Of a DNA stretch of 34,615 bases, positions 1 through 10,719 are shown piece after piece. The stretch spans positions 1 to 34,615 of the forward strand of contig MU626461.1 in assembly GCA_025603075.1 (NCBI GenBank). The letters are read 5' to 3'. The notes below the pieces were generated by a model. The model had not been told where the DNA came from and ran no database searches. It worked only from the letters and a program-made list of their open reading frames with translations. This stretch comes from Neoconidiobolus thromboides FSU 785. Its lineage: Eukaryota > Fungi > Entomophthoromycota. The translations under genes were made by a program, and so were the position numbers. How positions within the stretch are numbered: position 1 is the first letter of the stretch; every line of letters begins with the position of its first letter.

Positions 1-938
1 TTTCAACAAAAAATAAAGTCAAATAACCCTATTTATATAATTATGTATTTATATAATTATATAATCATATAGTTATATATTATATATCTGTTAAATATCT
101 AACAGAACTAACATAAAATACATAGTTAGGAAAATTAGCTATTTAAGAAAAGGAAACAATTAAAATAAGTTTTAAATAGAGACATTTAATTTTAGGCTTT
201 TTAGATTTAACCGTTATATTGGACACAAACTTGAAATTTTAAATTTGGATTAATTTCTAAGTAGATTCTGAAACCAATTAGGACAGCCCCATATAGCATT
301 TTTTCTGAGCTTAACCGTAATTATCAGAACATTTTTAACAAAAAAAAATCTACTAACTACTTTAAAAATAAAATTCACATTTCAAGTAAAGATAACTTTG
401 TAAAAAATCTTACAACCTAGCGCTTTAATTTGATTTTTATGTATTATGTTAACAATTAATATCAGGTAAGAAACAAATTATTTTTACGCTAATTTGTTTA
501 GTTGAATCTTATTTGAAGAAACTGGACAAAATTTCATCTAAAATGAGATATCCTTTTCGTCTCATATTTTATTTACTTTTGTGAGGCCTAAAAGCTAATA
601 AAAATTATCTAGTTAAACTCTTAAACGAGAAATATAATTAATAAAATTTTATAATAATTTTATGGCCTTCACTTTATAAAAAAGTGACTTTACAATGGTA
701 TGTTTATTTACTATTACTTATTTTTTCATATTAAGCTTTAGCTTTTAGTATAAAATAGCATGTAGTTATTACATTACTACCTTTATTATAAGGATAAACT
801 AATGATACTAAATAAGCATAAAATTTCTACCCGCAACTAAACTCCAAAAATTAATCAATTCGGATAAACGTAAGAATAAAATATGATACTATTTAACTCA
901 AAAATTGATAAGTTCACTTTTTAATTTAAAAAAAACAA

Positions 939-1472
939 ATGAATTCAAGTATAAAGCTATTATACAACCAACTACTTCAAAACCAAACCAATTGGCTTTT
1001 AACTGCCATTTTACTAGTAATACTTTACAATTTGTGGACTGCTGAGTCTAAAGACCAAGATTTACCAGTTCCAAGCTATCCTAAAGCAATATTATTTAAA
1101 GATTATACACCCACAGAATTATGCTACTATGATGGCCAAAACAACAAGCCAATCTACATGGGAGTGAAAAATAACATTTACGATGTGACCAATGGGAGGA
1201 ACTTTTACGGACCTGGTAAGTTATGATATTGAGCTCCTAAACATCACATTTTAAACATTCTGATTTTAGGTGGCCCATATGAAAATTTTGCTGGAAGAGA
1301 TGCATCAAGAGGATTAGCTAAAAATTCTTTTGATGTTGAAGTGCTTACTGATTTGAAGGATCCTATTGATCTTTTAGAGAATCTTACTAAAGATGAGTGG
1401 GACTCGTTAAACGATTGGGAAAGCCATTTTGCCAATAAATATACCTTAGTGGGAAAATTGGTTAACCCTTAA
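939..1472 (+). CDS. DAP1: Membrane-associated progesterone receptor / cytochrome b5-like heme-steroid binding protein (Dap1/PGRMC1 family), 2 exons
   Basis: Exon 1 is 939-1215, intron 1216-1269 (GTAAG...TTTAG), exon 2 is 1270-1472. The splice gives an N-terminal TM segment and the motif [40 protein letters not shown]...W..HF..KY..VGKL typical of MAPR proteins. Confidence 0.93.
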
Positions 1473-1670
1473 GTTTTTAAGTATAAATAAATGAAAACTG
1501 TAATATCCAAATTGATCATTTTATTTTATTGTGTATAATATATTATTCAAATTTAATTTAATTACTAATAAATTTGTATTATAAAAGTTATACAATTTAT
1601 TCTAAGCTTAACATTGAAATTTTACAACTAAAAAATTACGAAATCACTTTTTTAAAAAGCATCTAAAATC

Positions 1671-2616
1671 ATGACCACAATAACAATCTTAAAAACAATT
1701 CAAGAAGTACGGGTATGGCACAAGCAAAACCAGTTAAAATCGGTAGGCTTTGTACCAACGATGGGAGCTTTACATTCAGGTCATTTAGGTTTAGGTAATT
1801 GTTAAACAATATATAGAAAAGAAATTTGACTAAACATTTAAAATAGTAAAACAATCTAAGCAACAATCCGACCTAACCATTGTAAGCATATTTGTCAACC
1901 CAAGCCAATTTGCACCTACAGAAGACTTAGACAAGTATCCACGAGACGTTGACAGTGATATCAAAAAACTAGAAGGTTTAGCGGATGCCGTCTTCCTCCC
2001 TTCAGTAGAAGAGATGTACCCATCTGGAATAACATTAAATGTCAATTCCCAAGTAGGCACCTTTGTAGAAGTATTGGGTAAATCGCATCAACTCGAAGGT
2101 TCTATCAGACCTCATTTCTTCCGAGGAGTAGCTACCATAGTGAGCAAACTGTTGAATATAGTACAACCAGACTTTTTGTATTTAGGTCAAAAGGATGCTC
2201 AACAATGCGTTGTAGTAAAAAATTTAATTAAAGACCTTTGTTTTAATACTAAGGCGGTGTTGTGCCCAATTGCTAGGGAAGAGAACGGACTCGCTATGTC
2301 AAGTAGAAATCAATATCTTAGTCAAGAAACTAAGGAGAAGGAAGCGTTGGCTCTATACAAAGCACTTTGCTCAAGTGAAGCTCTTTTTAAACAAGGTGTA
2401 GTTGACAGAGAGAGTTTATTAAATGAAGCTAAAAAAATAATCCAGGAGTTTAAAGAAGTCGAGTTGGAATATGTTAGACTTTCGGATCCGATTACTTTAG
2501 ATGAGGTTGAGCAAGTTACTCAAAATGGAGCTCTTTTATCAGGCGCTATTAAAGTTGGCCCAACTGGTAAAACAGTTCGTTTGATTGATAATGTAATGCT
2601 TGGGGGCAGCTTGTAA
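1671..2616 (+). CDS. PAN6: Pantoate-beta-alanine ligase (pantothenate synthetase), 2 exons
   Basis: ATG at 1671, intron 1795-1846. Spliced protein has GFVPTMGALHSGHLGLV, VSIFVNPSQF, DLDKYPR, LEGSIRPHFFRGVATIVSKL, GQKDAQQ, GLAMSSRN and RLIDN, all PanC motifs. Confidence 0.96.
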
Positions 2617-2773
2617 TCTAGGTTATATTGCACTATATTTTATAAAAGTTTATAGCTATTAAAGCAATTTTTTAACCCAATCATATATACAATTTTAAAT
2701 CTATATAATAATATAATAATAATAAACTATAATTAATAAGATAAAAAAAGCTTTTAGCCAAATTGAGGTTTAA

Positions 2774-5700
2774 TTAAAAGCAAACTCTGTCTTTTTCATT
2801 CAACTCAAAATTTTGAACCATACTAGCATGAAGTACGCTTTCTGATTTATAAACGATAGACTCATTTCCATTCATAAACTCCTTACCCACTCTATCACTT
2901 AAAAACTTATCATCATCTCCCTCCCCACATAAGACAATAAATTGGTAATCTCCCCTTTTTGCAGCTTTAAGTTTTTCTTCAATAATTCGCTTTGATGGGA
3001 AGGGGCTTATCATCTAATTTTAAGAACCAGTTAATTAGTATGATTTTATTTAATTATTCTGACAATTACCTTTCCACCCCCAAGTTCAACAATATCTTTT
3101 AAATCATTTGGATTAGGCTTAGCTTGTGGTGTACAAGCAAACTCGTAATTTTTAAACACTTTATCTTTTTTTGCCCTTAGTAAAGATTCTTTAAGTCTAA
3201 ATTGGTACTTCTTTTCTGTCTGCGGATCTTTTATTATATATTTATTTTCATCTGTGTTATATTGCATTAATTAAATATTTTATTGATTAGTATATCACAC
3301 TTTACCTAACAGCTTGCCCTTTTCAATCGAATCTAAAAGCCACTGCATATAAACAATATATTTTCCACCATTAATAGCACATAATAATTTAAAGGTTCTA
3401 TTAGCACTTGATGCAATGAGGTGGGTAAATTCATAGATCGAGTCTGTAATTTTTACCCCCAAATTTTTTATTTTCTGAAATGCGAATATTAATACAAATA
3501 ACATAAATTAATGCTAATTAAATTACCCTTTTTTCAATAGTTGTAGGTTTCACCCCAGTAAATAATAAAACAACAGACTTATTATTTAATGCTGGAGTTA
3601 TCTCTTTTTTTAAAGATTTTCTTGGAGTGATATTAACTTGAGATTTATCTTTGTCCGAAGTTACTGGTGGACTAATACAAAAATATATTAAAACTATTAA
3701 AATAGGTTGTAAACTAAAACCTACTTCGGGGAAACTAAATCAATCACACTTGAATTTTTTCTTTTTTTACTGTTTGGATCTTTGATTTCAATTTTGACTT
3801 GAATATTTTTTATCCCTTTTTTAGTTGGAACATTTGATTTCTCCACCTTTTTATGTTCTTTAGTCTGATTCTTTTCTTTGCCTCCTTTGCTATTATCTTT
3901 ATTTTTAACTTGCAGTATAACGTTTTCTTTTATTTCACCTACAATAGGTGGTGGCACTAAACTAAATTTTTTCAATTTATTACCAACCCTTTTTTCAAAT
4001 TGGTTTTGTGCTTCCATCAACTTCATCAGAGTTTTTGTTGCGAATGTAGCAGCTTTACGTGATGGACGGGGATTACATTCTTCTTTTACTTCTTTTACTT
4101 CTTTTACTTCTTTTATATTCGTTCTCTCTTTATTTTCTTGGTTCTTTATTTCTTCCTGGGCACCATTACGCTTTTTTTCCTCCTTATTTTGATTATCCTC
4201 TGTTTCTTCTTTGCTGATATCTATTTTCGCTTCCTCCTGGACATCTTGAATACTCTGAATGGTTCCTTTTGATACTTCCCCAAACAATTCGTCCAAAGTA
4301 GGCAACATACTTTCCTCTTCTTCAATCCCATTTTGTAGATTAGCAAATTCCTCAGGTTCAGATTCTGTAATTGAAATAGAATTTTCATTAACATCCAAAT
4401 CATCTCTCATAGCAATATCTTCATAGGAATAATTAGAATAGGAGACCAAATTAATCATACTTACACCATGAGGAAAATGTGAATAATGGATTTTTGTTAC
4501 CGGTTGGCAAGACCATGAACGGTAGCAATCTTCTAGCCACAAATGATTGACCACTATTATATTCCAATCAGGTGCTTTAGAATATTTTTCTCCTTGTTGG
4601 CTAAATCTGAGTAAACAAAACTGATTTCATAGCTATATTATAAATGTACCTGGCGCATATCAAATGAGTATTTTTGGCACTAAGACCAGTGGTAAATGTG
4701 GCTCCCATAGCAGTAATTAATTTTTCTAAATACTCTTTGGAACCTTGGTCATAGTTAGAAATAGAAATGACCTAAACCACTAATTAAAAAAGAATAAAGA
4801 TATAGATGAAACAAAACTTTACATAATCTTTCATGTCTGGAACTGCATAAGCTTGAGTAGGGTAAAACAATAACTGGTTCAAAGGCGAATCCAACCTTTT
4901 ACTTAATATTATATGGAATAACCAAGTTAAATTACCAATAATTATACTTGCTTTTAAACTCTATTATAATCAATAAGTTTTTAGTAGTAAAATATATAAT
5001 ATATTACCTCTTCATAACGCTTTGAGTTCTTAAACTGACAAATATAACAATTAATTATTGATAGATCGAAAATAGCACTAATTCTAGCCCCATACTTTGT
5101 TAATTCATCTTTTATTTTCTCCACAAACTTATGTTGTAGTTGTAGTTCATTATCTAAATAAATAACGAGTCCACTTAAATAATTACTATTAAACCAAGAT
5201 GATTTTATTTTGGTTGAGTTTACTTCTTCTTCTACCCCAAGGTATTGTCTGGATACTTTAACGATTGATTTTAACGGGTTAAAATCATCTTTGAATATAT
5301 TTGGAGTTGGAAATTGATAGTTTTTCTATTCAAAAAAAATGAATAATTAATGTAAACTTGCACAAATTAACCTTACCTCGGGTAGAAGTTTTCTTAACTT
5401 GATACAATCTTCAAACCAGTGAGAAGTAACTAATTTAATATCATTTTCTTTTTGTAACTTTGAGACGTTATTTTCCTTTAATTTACATTATTAATTACTC
5501 TTAGATACTATTCTTTATTTTTTTACTTACAGCTTCTGAGTCCAATACAATGTAATGTGTTACTTCCTTACTTAAATTGATTCTATATTGACCTCCTAAC
5601 GCTACTACTCCACCATAAATTTTCTCCATATCCGAAGTTGGAAGCTTTTACATTTTAATTAGTTACTAAATTATATATTTGAATTCTACTTTACTCCATG

Positions 5701-6225
5701 ACAACAAATGATAATGCCAGAAAATATCGACTTAGGTTCTGGGGAATAAAACTTCGAACTAGAAAATTTAATAACCTTGATCTTATAATTAAAATATTAT
5801 AACTCACCTGTAGTGGATATTGCATTTAGTACAATCAAATACCCATTTCGGCTAAATCTTATAAATTTAGAACGAAATAAAATAAAAACTACTAATTACT
5901 GTGACAATTCTGCAATTTCGTTTTGATTTAATGAGCTCACTATGACCAATAAAATCCCAGGTAGCACTAATTATATGCGTTACTCTTTTAATATCAAATA
6001 ACTGGAATTTGGTTTGATTCAATTCTAAATCCTCTTCTTTTCTAATGGCTGGGTAAGCACCGTTTTGCTCCAATAAGTTCCTTAACTTTTGTATATTAAA
6101 TTTTAGTTTTCTATAAGCCGAATTGATTCTTTTACTTGCTTTCTTAATTCTAATGGTAGATAAGGATTAATCCAGTACCTTACATTCGGAAATATTGGCT
6201 TGTTTTTTTTCTCTTTAGCTTCCAT
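2774..6225 (-). CDS. Multi-BRCT DNA-damage scaffold protein, Rtt107/Brc1-like, many short introns
   Basis: ATG at 6225 (MEAKEKKNKPIFPNVRYWINP). Spliced segments include THIISATWDF...VT|PKWVFDC, GGVVALGGQY...VTHYIV, VNHLWLEDCYRSW...YSHFP, a K/E-rich linker, and C-terminal FTHLIAS...RTFKLLCAINGGKYIVYMQWLLDSIEKG BRCT units. Internal exon boundaries were not all resolved. Confidence 0.8.
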
Positions 6226-6669
6226 CTTGTAAATTTATTAATTCAAGTTTCATTTTTTAATTTTTATTTTGTAGACCAGTGGATGCTCATTGGATAACAT
6301 ATTTGTCAATTTACTATCTTTGTTAAATTCAAATCAATAATTAAATAATGAGACATTAATAATATTATTCCCAATTATTTTTGTATTTAAATTGTTATAA
6401 ACAAAAATTATCATTATTTGATTTTGCTTTTAATACATCATTTTTATTAAACGATTCACAGTTATTTTGCAGTGGTCTATTTTTGATAAAAATATCGGAA
6501 TCAAAGCTGTTTATCTATTCATAATATAACTTTTAAAGGATTTTCGTTTTTATGGAATAGTTGAAACTTATAAATAATTAGTAATCATAGACTTAACTAC
6601 TATAAAGTAGTTTATATTGTCTATAAAGGAGTTACATTTATGATTCCTAAAAGCAGTAAATTACAGCCT

Positions 6670-7500
6670 AAGTAATGATGTCAATTGACTAATTAACAAT
6701 TGGGGATATATTTACGCTTAACCTTCACTTTTCACCAATTTTTCTTTCGAAAATGGCTATACAATTCGAGTTTTTACTCGGCATCTTGCTAGTACAAATA
6801 TTTAAATTAATACATCCATTCGAGTTACTTGAACTCAGATTTTTAAATAAACATCTATTCAAGTCAGTTAATAGAGTCATAATACAACTCAACCACTTCA
6901 AGTCATAACCACCATAAACTTCAAGAATATTTAATATTATAGCTTAACCCGGGAAATAGAATTGAACTATAAATTACTGAAATTGAAAAAATAGTTATTG
7001 GTAGCTATTATTGTTTAGATGTATTAAAAAACTTCAGAAATTATTTCAATTAGTTTCAGGTGTTAAAAGCGTCTGGTACGATATAATACTTATTAAAGAT
7101 ATTATTCTATACTTAAGTCATAACAAGTTAAAAGTATTAAAATTGTACATCAAGGGAAGTTTGTACCTGGATAGATCGGGTACTGTAAAAGAGCAATTTT
7201 ATAAACTGAAAGTTTTAAATTGAAATCAATAATGACTGTTACTAAGACTGAAATTAATTACATAAACTTCAAAGCAAAGTTAGATTTGAAAATTAGAGGA
7301 TATTTCAAGCTTTACATCAACTTACAATAGTTCGGCGATTTGGAACAACTTGAAAAAATTGAGTTAACTATTTGTAATCCTATTACTTTTGATATTAATG
7401 ATAACCATAATATAAGAAGAATGAAGAACAGTAATATAATTCTTTTGGGTTACTTAATGCCACTTCATGAATTTAATTATAGCTATTACATTTTATAGGT
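6670..7500 (+). pseudogene. Possible decayed LRR/F-box-like gene relic
   Basis: ORF 7011-7223 joins via a 1-nt shift at ~7220 to a frame with one stop (7328) running to ~7498. It contains LxxLxxLxL-like motifs (NKLKVLKLYI, FYKLKVLNL, LEQLEKIEL). No diagnostic domain was recognised. Confidence 0.25.
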
Positions 7501-7624
7501 TAAACCGTTCCTTTATATAGCCCTATGCAGACTTTTTGGTCTATATTTTATAAAATATCAATCGAAAGATTTAACTATATTTATTAACAAAATCAATTTG
7601 TATACTAGGTAAGTTTTTGTATAT

Positions 7625-8196
7625 GGGGGATCTATTTTTGTGTTTAAGAATTTTACTAACAATCTTTCCGCTCAAATAGCACTTAAAAAATGGAAAAAAT
7701 AATGAAGTCAAAAAAAATACTCCTATGTGAAATATCACTTTGTCAGTCCCATGGTTAATTATAACATAACAATCGCCTAAGCTGTTGTGTTCTCGAGCTC
7801 AGAGGAAATCAATCCCATGTTCTTATTTTGATTTGTTATGAGAATTTCTAGCTCTATCCAAAAGAATATTATCTTCTCATTTTGATATTTATACTTTTCA
7901 GAGTATAAAAGAGTTTACAGAGTATAGTATTTCGAGGCTTTTTAACTGAATTATTCCTTGATATCTCGTACATTTAATAAAGCCACTAAGTTTTCTTAAT
8001 AGTATTTTACATAGATTTTACATTAGTATTGTCTATTCTATTTGTCTTATATAGCTTGTAACCTATTACGTGCTATTCCTCATAACCCAAGTCTATCTTA
8101 GTCACATAAACTAAGACTTTTCGACTTATAGAGTAGTCAACCCAGCAATAGCTGTTCTTGACTCCAAACCCTGAGTACCAGATTTCACACCTATAT
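7625..8196 (+). mobile_element. ~98-bp MITE copy A (7625-7724), split at its right end by the 464-bp LTR-like element
   Basis: ATAT|GGGGGATCTATTTTTG...AAAAAAATACTCCT. Removing 7726-8189 plus one CCTA restores ...TACTCCT|ATAT (8193-8196). Confidence 0.85.
7726..8189. mobile_element. 464-bp solo-LTR-like element, copy 1
   Basis: Perfect 8-bp terminal inverted repeats TGTGAAAT...ATTTCACA, flanked by a 4-bp direct repeat CCTA (7722-7725 and 8190-8193). A near-identical inverted copy lies at 34126-34587. No ORF. Confidence 0.8.
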
Positions 8197-8207
8197 CATA
8201 GACAATT

Positions 8208-8585
8208 AATCACATGTTCTTATTTTAATTTACTATAAGAATTTCTAACTTCATTCCAAAGAACATCATCCTCTCGTTTTGATATCCATACTTACTTAAC
8301 CATAAAAGAGATGTTAGAACATAGTAACTGAAGTCTTTTTAACTGAATTATTCCCTAATATCTCGTACATTTAATTAGACCCACTAAGTGTTCTTAATAG
8401 TACTTTATGTAGATTTTACAGTATTATTGTCTATCCTGTTTGTCCCACATAATCAATATCCTATTATGTGTTATTCTTCATAATTCGTGTATCTTAGCCA
8501 CATAAACCAAGACTTTTCAACTTACAGTATAGTCAACCAAGCAATAGCTACTTTTAACTCTGATCACTGAGTGCCAGATTTCACA
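8208..8585. mobile_element. Truncated, more diverged copy 2 of the 464-bp LTR-like element (same orientation as copy 1)
   Basis: Aligns by eye to 7811-8189 (AATCACATGTTCTTATTTT...GCCAGATTTCACA) and lacks the first ~85 bp. Confidence 0.8.
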
Positions 8586-8640
8586 CAATAACAAAATTAT
8601 AAATGAATATAAATATTTGCCAAAATATTATTTAATATAT

Positions 8641-8737
8641 GGGGGTGTTTTTTGGTTTCATTACTTTTTCCATTCTTTAAGTGCTGTTTGAGCGGAAAGA
8701 TTGTTAGTAAAATTCTTAAACACAAAAATACATCCCC
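8641..8737 (-). mobile_element. ~98-bp MITE copy B (inverted)
   Basis: ATAT|GGGGGTGTTTTTTG...CAAAAATACATCCCC|ATAT. About 15-bp imperfect TIRs with ATAT on both flanks. Confidence 0.88.
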
Positions 8738-8800
8738 ATATAGATTTTGTGATAACGTTTTTTATTTTATATAATTTGTATAATTTATAGCTTGTTACAT

Positions 8801-8899
8801 GGGGATGTGTTTTTGTATTTAAGAATTTTGCTAACAATTTTTCTATTCAAATAGCACTTAAAAGATGGAAAAAGTAATGAAGCTAAAAAAAACACTCCC
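8801..8899 (+). mobile_element. ~98-bp MITE copy C
   Basis: ACAT|GGGGATGTGTTTTTG...AAAAAAAACACTCCC|ATAT. Confidence 0.87.
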
Positions 8900-9007
8900 A
8901 TATGCTATTTTTATTGATTCAAGTTTATTTTGATTATATAGACTAAGACTTTTTGATTTATAGCTAGTTAATTAGGTAAAAACCATTTTTAATTTTAATT
9001 ATCAAAT

Positions 9008-9103
9008 GGGGATGTATTTTTGTATTTAAGAATTTTGCTAGCAATCTTTCCACTTAAATAACGCTTAAAGATGGAAAAAACAATGAAACCAAAAAACACC
9101 CCC
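9008..9103 (+). mobile_element. ~98-bp MITE copy D
   Basis: AAAT|GGGGATGTATTTTTG...AAAAAACACCCCC|ATAT. Confidence 0.87.
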
Positions 9104-9149
9104 ATATAGTAAACAAAGATATTTGAGAGTTGGTATTTTAATATAAACT

Positions 9150-10257
9150 TAAGTTAAACATTGAGATTTAACTAATAAGCTTTAATCAAGTGGTAGTTAT
9201 AATAAACTAGTATATTTAATTATGTATAAATTTAAAAAAACTATTAATAAAAGTAAAGCATGAAATAAAGCTACTTATTAGATATATATTAATATTGTAT
9301 TTAATATTATTATATTTTCTACTGTTGATTTTTTTTATTTTTTTTATAAGTGTCAAAATCTAATAGAACATAGTTAACACAGCTACTAACTATGAGTAAT
9401 TTATGTTTATTTTGTTTATAGTTTAACCACTGTTTGATATAGAAGCAACTTAGTTTTTAAGCAAACTATTGTATTAATACTAATTAAATAAATGTAATTT
9501 TATAATTACAATTAAAAAAAGCGAAATTACCTATCTTTGGCGGTTAACTCCTTAGGTAAAAGTAACTTATTTTCTATCCTTTCGTTGTAATAAACAAGAC
9601 TTAACATTTTTAATACTTGTTATAGCTACTTATGCTAAAATTTTATTAATTGTAAAATCATTTTTATTAAAACTAAACATATCATTACTAAGAACAGTAT
9701 ATTTATTAATTGTATATTTAGTATTTTTAAATCAATCTACAAGCACCTTAAGGTCCCCCGTTTTTACTCCTTTTGTAATTATACTTCCTATCAAAATAAA
9801 TTTGTAGCTCTGGCTGCTTTTTTATAAAACTAGTAGCCCATTTTTTTCCTACTGGGGATGAGTTATGTTGAGGAAGAAACTAATTGGTCATTTCTCTAAA
9901 AGCACCATGTCTACAAGGAAACTACTTGAAATCTAAATCAACAACATACCTAAAAATCGCTCTTTGCTCCAATTTAATTAATCTTTGGGTATTGAAGATG
10001 GTATTTGCTTTTGAAGGTGTACTTTTAACCCTACGTCCTAATGTAGCTGCACTAATAGAAAAATAACTAAGAAGCAGCTCTAATTAACAGTTTAAGGTCC
10101 CTTTTAATAGTTTGAATGATTAGGTTTATGTTTGATTCTTTTACTTTGTTTTATTTTTCATCTCTAAGATGTAAAAATCAAATTTTTATATATACTTTTT
10201 AAAATTTCTGAATTAGTTCACTATGTTTACCATGTTCACCACGATTAAGATTTACGT
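9150..10257 (-). mobile_element. Decayed Fot1/pogo (Tc1-mariner superfamily) DNA transposon: 5' terminus plus pseudogenised transposase
   Basis: Minus-strand translation with stops and frameshifts: ESNINLIIQTIKRDLKLLIRAAS*LF/SISAATLGRRVKST (HTH-psq); IFRYVVDLDFK*FP...VGKKWATSFIKKQPELQIYFDRKYNYKRSKNGGP (CENP-B HTH); /KVLVD*FKNTKYTINKY...DMFSFNKNDF; LLQRKDRK*VTFT*GVNRQR*VISLFLI; *Y*...KN*VASISNSG*T; PLD near 9190 (DDE_1 motifs). Terminus TA|ACGT at 10259-10254 with three 9-bp tandem repeats at 10216-10242. The 3' limit is uncertain. Confidence 0.85.
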
Positions 10258-10719
10258 TATAAAATATAATTGTAGTAAAATTATATTTGATAAAAATCTA
10301 ATAAATAAATTTGTATAAACAATAAATCATGTACTTATTCATAAATTGTTTACAGATTGTACAGAAATTATAAATCTGTGTATAGTATTTAGTTGGAAGA
10401 ACTTTATAAAGCTTTTTATATGTAAAAAATATATTTCATATACATTTATAGAATATTTAAACAAATGTATTGAAGATAGAATTACTGAACTTAAGCCATT
10501 GTAAAATTAAAAATCTAACCAATAAAAAGCGTTCTGATTTAAATGTGAAATGTACTCGAAAACAGCAGTTAATAGCAAAAGAATATAATTTGTCATTCAA
10601 CTAAGATATTAGGTTGATTGGTTGTTAGTAAAATTCGAATAAAAAATACTATAAATACCAACTTATTTAACTATAATAGATTTTTATTTTTGATAACAAT
10701 TACAAATACTATTAAAACA

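Noticed and set aside
287-295. CCCCATATA resembling a MITE end
   Set aside because: The upstream sequence does not match the rest of the MITE consensus.
466-501. Intron-like 36-nt segment (CAG|GTAAGA...GCTAAT...TTTAG)
   Set aside because: No splice phase gives a sustained ORF and it is shorter than the local introns. It could be a UTR intron but this is unsupported.
1244-2060. ORF-track entries such as 1244-1435, 1669-1866 and 1830-2060 (also 3878-4192, 9884-10066, 10777-10995, 15108-15290, 16689-16889, 30877-31077)
   Set aside because: They are antisense or out-of-frame shadows of real spliced genes or of the transposon relic.
4081-4112. 9-bp tandem repeat (TTCTTTTAC)n
   Set aside because: It is a coding low-complexity KEV repeat in the BRCT-protein linker, not a CRISPR or regulatory array.
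8753-8758. TAACGT as a possible second terminus of the Fot1 element
   Set aside because: The match to the 10216-10259 terminus does not extend beyond TA-ACGT.
7625-9103. Clustered ~98-bp repeats as a CRISPR-like or satellite array
   Set aside because: The units have their own TIRs and target duplications, mixed orientation, irregular spacing and a distant copy at 33560. This indicates MITEs.
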